Positions 53,547 through 64,000 of a DNA stretch of 64,000 bases are shown piece by piece. How positions within the stretch are numbered: position 1 is the first letter of the stretch; each line of letters starts with the position of its first letter. The position numbers and the translations under genes were made by a program. A model generated the notes under the pieces. That model was not told where the DNA came from and did no database searches. It saw only the letters and a list, made by a program, of their open reading frames with translations. This DNA comes from the human T2T-CHM13v2.0 reference genome, Homo sapiens: NCBI RefSeq assembly GCF_009914755.1, contig NC_060927.1; one strand, given 5' to 3'.

Positions 53547-56353
53547 TTATCCAGAATTTCTAGTTGTTATTTGCAATAGGTTTGGTCCAATAGAAGCTAA
53601 ATACCCATACCAGAAGCAGAACCAGAAAGTAATTCAGAAAGATATTTGCTGTGGTACCATTTATCAGAAATAAGATAGAGACAATCTAAGTGTTGGACAA
53701 TGGGGGAATGGATAGGTAAATTGTAATATATCCACTTAATGGAACAGCATATGACTATTAAAATATTTTGATGCAGCTATAAATAAAATGGAAGAAATGT
53801 TTCAAGTTTAAGGCAAGATGAAAAAAAATGAAACATAGAAATAATGTGATAGTGGTTTCAATCTTTAATCTTAGATTTATTGCAAACGATCTTCCCTATA
53901 TATATAGATGAGGTTGTGACTAGTAAAACACAAATTAATTTTTAAGTGTTAATGAAGTAATATTAGCTTAACAATATGTTCCTCAATCAACATTCTAAGA
54001 TTATGACTTAACATGTAGTTCTGTGTGCAGTTTCTTCAGTTGTCACAAAATGTTTCTCAAACTTGAAAATATTAGCTGGGGAATGAAGCAAGATGGCCAA
54101 ATAGAAGCCTCTACCCATGGTCCCTCCATTTACAGGAACACCAAATTTAACAACTATCTACACAAAAAAGTACGTTCATAAGAACCAAACATCAGGAGCG
54201 ATCATAATACCTGGTTTTAACTTCATATTGCTGAAAGAGGCACCAAAGAGGGTAGGAAAGAGAGTCTTGAACTACCAACTCCACCCCTTCCCTATCCCCT
54301 GGCAGCAGCCATGTGGCAGAAAGAGAGAATCTATGCACCTGGGGGAGGGAGAGCTCAGTGACTGTGGGACTCTGTATTGGAACTCAGTGCTGTCAACACT
54401 GGGCAGAACTCAGCTGATACCCACAGAGGGAACATATAGAACAGCTCTAGACAGAAGGAATCGTCCATCCCAGTGGTCAGAACTTGAGTTCTGGCAATCT
54501 CTGCCACCACAGGCAGAGCTCTGGGGTCCTAAACAAACTTAAAAGGCAGTCTAGGCCAAAAAGACTACAACTCTTCAGCAAGTCCTAGTGCTGTGCTGGG
54601 CTCAGAGCCAGTGGACATCGGGGTCACACAACCTAGTGAGACATCAACAGGGGTGGCTAAGGGAGTGCTTGCGCCACCCCATCCCAACATCAGGCTGCAC
54701 AGCTCCAACCTGAAAAAGACACTCCTTCTTTCTGCTTGAGGAGTGGAGAAGGAAGTTAAGAGGACTTTGTATTGCAATTAGGATACCAGCTCAGCCACAG
54801 TAGAATAGGGCACCTGGCAGAATCATGAGCCCATTCTAAGCCCTAGCTCCCAGAAGACACTTCTAGACACACCATGGTCCAGAAGGGAACCTACTGCCTT
54901 GAAGGGAAGGACCCAGTCCTGGCAGGATTCCTCACCTGCTGACTAAAGAGCTCTTGGGCCCTGAATAATCAGTAGCAGTAGACAGGCAATACACTTCATG
55001 GGCCTTGGGTGAGACTCTGAGACATGCTGGCTTCACGTATGACCCAGAACATTCCAAGCTGGGTCATATGAGAAACTCCTTCTGTTTGAGAAAAGCAGAG
55101 GGAGAAATAAAGGAGACTTTGTCTCACAGTTTAGGTACCAGCTGAGCCACCAGCTGAGGTAGAGCACCAAGTGGGCTCTTGGGGTCCCTGATTCCAAGCC
55201 TGGGCTCTTCAACAGCATTTCTGGACCTACTCTGGATGAGAGAGGAGCCCATCAACCTTAAGGGTGAGTCCCAGGCCTGGCAGCATTCACCACAAGCTGA
55301 CTGAAGAGCCCTTGAGCCTTAAGTAAACCCTGGAAGTGGCCTCTCAGTACTCTCTATGGACCTGTGGTGGTGGCTGGGGGAAAGACTCCTCTGCCTGTGG
55401 AAAGGGGAGAGAAGAGTGAGAAGGACTTTGTCTTGTGGTCTGGGTGCCAGCTCAACCATAGCAGAATACAGACCCAGGTAGATTTCTAAGGTTTCCGACT
55501 CTAGGCCCTGCCTCCCAGATGGCGTCTCTCAACCCGCATGGGGCCCAGGAGAACTCGCTGCCCTGAAGGGAAGAACACAAACCCAGCTGGCTTCATCACC
55601 TGCTGATTGTAAAGCCCCAGGGCCTTGAGCAAGACCCAGTATTGTGCTGGCTTCAGGTCTGAACCAGTGCAGTCCCAGTGGTGGTGGCCACAGGGATACT
55701 TATGTAACCCCTCCCCTATCTCCAGGCAGCTCAGCACAGACAGAGACACTCTGTTTGGGAAAAAGAAAGGAAAGATAATCAGAGTTTCTGCCTGGTAAAC
55801 CAGAAAATTCTCCCAGTTCTTATCCAAGACTACCAAGGTGGCACCTCTACAAGTCTGCAAGAACCACAGCATTACTGGGTTTAAGGTACCCCCTAATGCA
55901 GATACAGCTGCCATGACTAAAAACTTGAATCACAACACCCAAGTCCCTTAGAATACCTAGAAAGCCTTCCCAAGAAGCACAGGTACAAACAAGCCCAGAC
56001 ACCAAAGACTACAATAAATATATAACTCGTCAATGTTCAGACATCGATGAACATCCACAAGCACCAAGACCATCCAGGAAAACAATACCTCAACAAATGA
56101 ACTAAGTAAGACACCAGTAACCAATCCCAGAGGAAAAGAGGTATGTGACCTTTCAGACAGAGAATTCAAAATTGCTGTTTTGAAGTAACTCAAAGAAATT
56201 CAAGATAACACGGAGAAGGAATTCAGAATTCTATCAGATAAATTTAACAGAAAGATTGAAATAACTAAAAAGGATCAAACAGAAATTCTAGAGTTGAAAA
56301 ATGCAACTGACATGCTGAAAAATGTATGAGTCTTCTAACGGCAGAATTGATCA

Positions 56354-56625
<272 letters not shown>

Positions 56626-57252
56626 ACACAATCAGAGGAGACAAAAGAAAAAAGAATAAAAAAGAATGAAGCACACCTACAAGATCTAGAAAATAGCCTC
56701 CAAAAAAGCAAATCTAAAAGTTGTTGGCCTTAATAACTTAAGGTGGAGGCAGAGAAACACATAAGGTAAAAAGTTTATTCAAAGAGATAATATCAGCAAA
56801 ATTCCCAAACCTAGAGAGAGATATCAACATTCAAGTACAAGAAGTTTATAGAACACCAAGCTGACTTAACCCAAAGACTACCTCAAGGGATTTAATAATC
56901 AAACTCCTGAAGGTCAAAGATAAAGAAAGAATCCAAAAAGCCCCAAGAGAAAAGAAACAAATAACATGCAATGAAGCTCCAAAGCACCCGGCAGCAGACT
57001 TTTCAGTGGAAACTTTACAGTCCAGGAAGAGAGTGGCGTGACATATTTAAAGTGCTGAAGGAAAAAACCTTTTGCCCCAGAATAGTATATCCAGCAAAAA
57101 TATCCTTCAAACATGAAGGAGAAATAAAGACTTTCCCAGACAACAAAAGCAAAGAGATTTCATCAACACCAGACCTGTTCTACAAGAAATTCTAAAGAAA
57201 TTCCTTCAATCTAAAAGAAAAGGATGTTAATGAGCAATAAGAAATCATCTGA

Positions 57253-57567
<315 letters not shown>

Positions 57568-59252
57568 AGTTATCATCTGTTTAAAAAATAATGGGTTATA
57601 TTATTTGCAAGCCTCATAGTAACCTCAAATCAAACAACATACAATGGATACTCAAAAAATAAAAAGCAAGAAATTAAATCATACCACCAGAGAAAAATCA
57701 CCTTAACTAAAAGGAACGCAGGAAGGAAGGGAAGAAGGAATGAAGAGAACATCACAAAACAACCAGAATACAATAAAATGGCGGGAGTAAGTCCGACTTA
57801 TCAACAATAACATCGAATGAAAACGGACTCAACTCTCCAATCAAAAGACATAGAGTGGCTGAATGGATAAAAAACAAGATCCAATGACTTGTTGCCCACA
57901 AGAAACATACTTCACCAATAAAGACACATGCAGATATATGAAGAGATGCAAAAAGATATTCCATGACAATGGAAACCAAAAAAGAGCAGATGTAGCTATA
58001 CTTGTATCAGATAAAACAGACTTCAAGACAAAACTATAAAGAGACAAAGAAGGTCATTACATAAAGGGGTCAATTCAGCAAGAGGATATAACAATTGTAA
58101 ATATATATGTACCCAACACTGGAGCACACAGATATATAAAGCAAATATTACTGCTAAACAGACAGATAAACCCCCAATACAATAATAGCTGGAGACTTCA
58201 ATATCCCACTTTGAGCAATGAACAGATCTTCCAAACAGAAAATCCACAAGGAAACACTAGACTTAATTTTCGCTATAGACCAATTGGACCTAATAAGATA
58301 TTTACAAAACATTTCATCCAATGGCTGCACAATACACATTCTTTTCTTCAGCACATGGATCATTCTCAAGAGCAGACCAAATGTTAGGTAACAAAACAGT
58401 CTTAAAACATTCAAAAAATTGAAATATTATGAAGCATCTTCTCTGACCACAATAGAATAAAACTAGACATCAATAACAAGAGGAATTCTAGAAACTGTAC
58501 AAAGATATGGAAACTGAACAATATGCTACCAGTTGACCAGAGGGTCAAAAAAGAAATTAGAAAGAAATTTAAAATGTACTTGAAACAAATGATAAAAGAA
58601 ACACAACACACCAAAACCTATGGGATATAGTGAAAGAAGCACTAAGAGGGAAGTTGATGGTATAAGTGCTTATACATCAAAAAAGTGAAAAAACTTCAAA
58701 TAGATAACCTAATGATGCATCTTAAAGAGCTAGAAAAGCAAGAGCAAACCAAATCTAAAATTTGTAGAAGAAAAGAAAGAATAAGGATCAGAGCAGAAAT
58801 AAAACAAATTGAAACACAGGAAACAATGCAAAAGATCAATGAAACAAAAAGTTGGTTTTCTGAAAAGATAATATTGACAAACCTTTAGTCAGACTAAGAA
58901 AAAAAGAGAGAAGACCCAAATAAATAAAATCAGAGACAAAAAAGGAGACATTAAAATTGATACCACGGAAATTCATTAGTGGCTACTAGGAGCAACATGG
59001 CTACTATATGCCAATAAATTGGAAAACCTAGAAGAAATGGATAAATTCCCAGACACATACAACCTACCAACACTGAACCATAAAGTAATCCAAAACCTGA
59101 ACAGACCAATAACAAGTAACAAGATTGAAGCAGTAATAAAAAGGCTTTCAGTAAAGAAAAGCCCAGCACCTGACAACTTCACTGCTAAATCTTACCAAAT
59201 ATTTAAAGAAGAACTGATATCCATCTTACTCAAACTATTCCAAAAAGTACAG

Positions 59253-59786
59253 CAGGGGTCCCAAACCCCTGGGCCACAGACTGGTACTGGTCCGTGGCCT
59301 GTTAGAAACCAGGATGCACTGCAGGAGGTGAGTGGCGGGCGAGTGAAAGCAGCTTCATCTGTATTTACAGATGCTCCCCACTGCTTGCATTACCACCTGA
59401 CCTCCACCTCTGTCAGATTAGCCACGACATTAGAGTCTCACAGGAGTGCAAACCCTGTTGTGAACTGTGCATGTGAGGGATCTAAGTTGTGTGCTCCTTG
59501 TGAGAATCTCATGCCTGATGATGATCTGTCACTGACTCCCGTCACCCCAAGATGGGACCACCTAGTTGCAGGAAAACAAGCTCAGGGCTCCCACTGATTC
59601 TACATTATGGTGAGTTGTATAATTACTTCATTATATATCACAATGTAATAATATTAGAAATAAGGTGCACAACAAATGTAATACACTTGAATCATTCTGT
59701 AAACCATACCACCCCTCACCCCAGTCCATGGAAAAATTGTATTCCACAAAACCAATCCCTGGGGCCAAAAAGGTTGGGGACCATTG
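59253..59786 (+). mobile_element. MER1A hAT-Charlie element inside L1 ORF2
   Basis: TIRs CAGGGGTCCCAAACC / GGTTGGGGACCATTG; about 530 bp. Confidence 0.88.
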
Positions 59787-62205
59787 AAATGGAGGAGAGA
59801 TGAATACTTCCAAATTCATTCTACAAGGCTTGTATCACCCAGATGCCAAAACCAGACAAAGAAACATCAAAAAAAGAAAACTACAGGCAAATATCCCTGA
59901 TGTACACTGATGCAAAAACCCTCAACAAAATACTACTAAACCGTATTCAACAACACATTAAAAAGATCATTGATCATGACCAAGTGGGATGTATCCCAGA
60001 GATGCAAAATGGCTCAATGAATGCAAGTCAATCAATGTAATATATCATTTCAATGAAATGAAAGACAAAAACAATATAATCATTTCAACTGATGCTGAAA
60101 AAGCATTTGATAAAATTCAACATCGCTTCATGATACAATCCCTAAAAAACTGGGTACAGAAGGAACGTACCTCAACATAATAAAAGGCATACATGACAGA
60201 CCCACAGCTAGTAAAATACAGGATAGGAAAAAGTGAAAGCCTTTCCTATAAGATCTGGAACACAACAAGGAAGCCTACTTTCAACACTGTTATTCAGTAT
60301 AGTACTGGAAGTCCTAGCTACAACATTCAGACAAGAGATAAAAATAAAGGGCCATTCAAATTAGAAAGGAAGAAGTCAAATTATCCCTGTTTGCAGATAA
60401 TATATTACATTTTGAAAAATCTAGATTCCACAAAAAAACTATTAGAATTGCTAAGCAAATTCAGTAAAGTTGCAGGACACAAATCAACATACAAAAATCA
60501 GTAGCTTTCTAATGGCAACAGTGAACAATCTGAAAAAGTAATTAAAAGTAATCCCATTTATAGTAGATACAAATGAAATTAAATACCTAGGAATTAGTCA
60601 AAGAAATGAAAGATCCCTACAATAAAAACTATAAAATACTGATGAAAGAAATTAAAGAGGACACAAAAAATGGAAAGGTATTCCATATTCATAGACTAGA
60701 AGAATCAGTATTGTTAAAATGTCCACAGTACCCAAGGCAATCTTTAGATTCAATGCAATCCTATCAAAATACCAATGACATTCTTCACAGAAATAGAAAA
60801 AACAATCCTAAAATTTATATAGAGCCACAATAGACCCAGAATAGCCAAAGCTATCCTGAGCAAAAAGAACAAAACTGAAGGAATCACATTACCTGACTTC
60901 AAATTACACTACAGAGCTATAGTAAACAAAATGGCATGATACTGGCAAAAAAACAGACACATAGACCAATGGAACAGAATAGAGAACCCAGAAATAAATC
61001 CATACACCTAGAGTGAACTCATTTTCCACAAAGGTGCCAACAACATACACTGGAGAACAGACAGTTTCTTCAATAAACAGTGCTGGGAAAACTGGATATC
61101 CGTATGCAAAAGAATGAAACTAGACCCCTATCTCTCACCATATACAAAAATCAAATCAAAGTGGACTAAAGATTTAAATCTAAGACCTCAATCTATGAAA
61201 CTACTACAAGAAAACCTTGGGGAAAATCTCCAGGACATTGGTCTGGGCAAGAATTTCTTGAGCAGGACCCCACAAGCACAGGCAACCAAAGCAAAAATGG
61301 ACAAATGCGAACATACCAAGTAAAACGTTCCTGCATAGCAAAGGAAACAATCAACAAAGTGAGAGACAACCCACAGAATGGGAGAAAACATCCGCAAACT
61401 ACCCACCTGACAAGAGTTTTATAACCAGAATATAAAAGAGCTAACAATTCAATTAAAAAATGGGCAAAAGATCTGAATAGACATTTCTCAAAATAAGACA
61501 TATAAATGGCAAACAGGTATATAAAAAGTGCTCAAAATCACTGATTATCAGAGAAATGCAAATTAAAACTACAATGAGATATCATCTCACCCCAGCTAAA
61601 ATGGCTTTTAACCAAGAGACAGGGAATAACAAATGTTGGTGAGGATGTGGAGAGAAGGGAACCCTTGTACGCTGTTGGCAGGAATATAAGTTAGTACACT
61701 ATGGAGAACAGTTTGGGAGCTCCTCAAAAAACTAAAAATTGAGCTACCACATGATCCAGCAATCCCACTACTAGGTATACACCCAAAAGAAAGGAAATCA
61801 GTATATTGAAGAGACATCTGTATTTCCATGTTTGTTGCAGCACTATTCACAATAGCCAAGATTTAGAAGCAATCTAAGTGTCCATCAACATACAAATGGA
61901 TAAAGAAAATGTGGTACATGTACACAGTGGAGTACTATTCGGCCATTAAAAAAAATGAGATCCTGTCATTCACAATATGGAAGGAACCAGAGGTCATTAT
62001 GTTAAGTGAAATAAGCAAGGCATGGAAAGATAAACTTCACATGTTCTTACTTATTTGTGGGTGCTAAAAACTAAAACAATTGAACACGTGGAGACAGAAA
62101 ATAAACTATGGTTATCAGAGGCTGGGAAACATAGTGGCGTGGCAGGGATGGCAGGGGGAGTGAGGGTGATTAACGAGTACAAAAAAAAACAGAAAGAATA
62201 AATAA

Positions 62206-62517
<312 letters not shown>

Positions 62518-63489
62518 GGTCAATAATTATACATTTATAAATAACTAAAACAGTGTAACTGGATTGTTTGTAACCACAAAGGACAAATGCTTGAGGGGAT
62601 GGATACTCCATTTACCATGATGTGATTATTACACATTTGATAAAGTATGACTATATCAAAGTAACTCAAGTACTCCATAAATATATATGTATACACATCT
62701 ATTATGTACCCACAAAAAATTTTAAAAATTTTTAATCAAAACTTCAAAATATTAGAAATAAATATGATTATAACCTTATTTTTAAGCTGCACATAAAAAA
62801 TAATAAAAGAAAATATATTGTTTTAATCTTGTGTATTTGAACTAGATTTTGTATTTTTCTCATTTTTCTTTGTATTTTTTAATGAGCATTTATTACTCTT
62901 TTATTAAGGGGGAAAAGTAACAAAAATTTCCCCTGCCAACTGTACATCTGAGCGCAAGGACAAGGGAAGCTGGAAACAGTTAAATCTTAAAAAAAGAGCT
63001 CTTCAGGGTATGTGCATATAACGCCTCTTGTCCTACTTCCCATTAGAAGTATTGCTAATAACCTCAGGAAGCTCCACCCACATTAGCCTCATTTTGTCTA
63101 ACTGATATATTGGATTCCATGTAAGATTTTACTTGGGAAAAGGGTTCTGCTGGTAAAACAGAGAATGGATGGGAAATCTCTACCCATTATCTACTCAATC
63201 AATCAAACTGTGATCCCAGCAATCTACCTTGATTAGTACCTTGCCTCTGACTGAGGTGACCAAACCTCAGTCACCAAATCTACTTTTAAAATATTATTCA
63301 TGCTTATCATTTCTTTCCCTTCCCTTCTGCCACTATCTTCCGCCCTTGTTCTTTTTCACCTGGATTTGGTGGTAACTTCTGAGAACTTACTGCCTCTCTC
63401 TCTTCAGGATCACCTCCACTTCTAGTTTTGTCTACATTCTGCTTCTAGGGTTCTCTTTCTGATGGTATCACTTTATTAAGAATGGGAAA

Positions 63490-64000
63490 AAAAACCAAAG
63501 TGTTTTTCCAACTCTTGTACACCATTTAACACAAAACACTGCCTCTGGTCACCAAAATGTGTGGGGATTTCTCCCTACTAGCAAAAAATAAATTCTGACC
63601 CTACCAGGAGATCGCATCAGATCCCACTGGTTAAGGGCTCAGAGCCATAATACTGTCCCCCACTTCACATGCCAGTTGCAAGCACCAGGTTGTAACCTCT
63701 GCTTCTGACCAACCAGCTATAAATTGGGGTTCCTCAAACTCCCTACTCAGGTTCGATTAATTTGCTAGAGTGGCTCACAGAACTCTAGCAAAAGGGAAGC
63801 ACTTTACTTATGTTTATCAGTTAATTTTTAAAGGATATAACAAAGGACATAGATGAACAAGATCAACAGCCAGATGAAGAAATACATAGGGCAAGGTATG
63901 GAAGGGCTCCAAGCTCAGAAGCTTCTGTCCCCAGAGTTGGGGTGTGCCACCCTCCTGACACATGGGTGTCTACACCAACCTGGAAACTCTCCAAACCTTA
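63490..64000 (-). mobile_element. MER21-family LTR, continuing past the window end
   Basis: Similar to 35587-36100 (TAATTTGCTAGAGTGGCTCACAGAACTC). Confidence 0.75.

Noticed and set aside
59019-59597. 192-aa ORF starting with L1 ORF2-like sequence
   Set aside because: Chance read-through from a decayed ORF2 fragment into MER1A

Overview
Primate genomic DNA, very probably human given a CpG-intact AluYa-type element. It is AT-rich, about 60-70% interspersed repeat by eye, and has about 55 Alu copies or fragments. I found no confidently identifiable protein-coding exon. The window looks like a large 5' intron of a gene transcribed on the minus strand, which I could not name; there is a candidate internal first exon ending at 5908 and candidate cassette exons at 38212-38288 and 35204-35310. 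Clear elements: a full-length RPL19 processed pseudogene whose ORF stays open through compensating frameshifts and which sits inside nested Alus; a 35-nt tailless U2 snRNA retrocopy with a perfect 16-bp target-site duplication (TSD); a full-length old L1 (L1MA2-like) with its TSD still visible; and THE1/MST/MLT/MER21/ERV1 solo LTRs, DNA-transposon relics, L2 and MIR. The most unusual signals are non-canonical insertion and repair scars: a locally templated 63-bp insertion at a palindrome, a triplicated MIR B-box, an Alu-bounded captured segment and two tailless retrocopies. Almost all ORFs in the supplied track come from Alu or L1. Repeat subfamily names rely on recalled consensus sequences, and repeat boundaries are approximate. 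I do not see evidence for a new multi-gene system.
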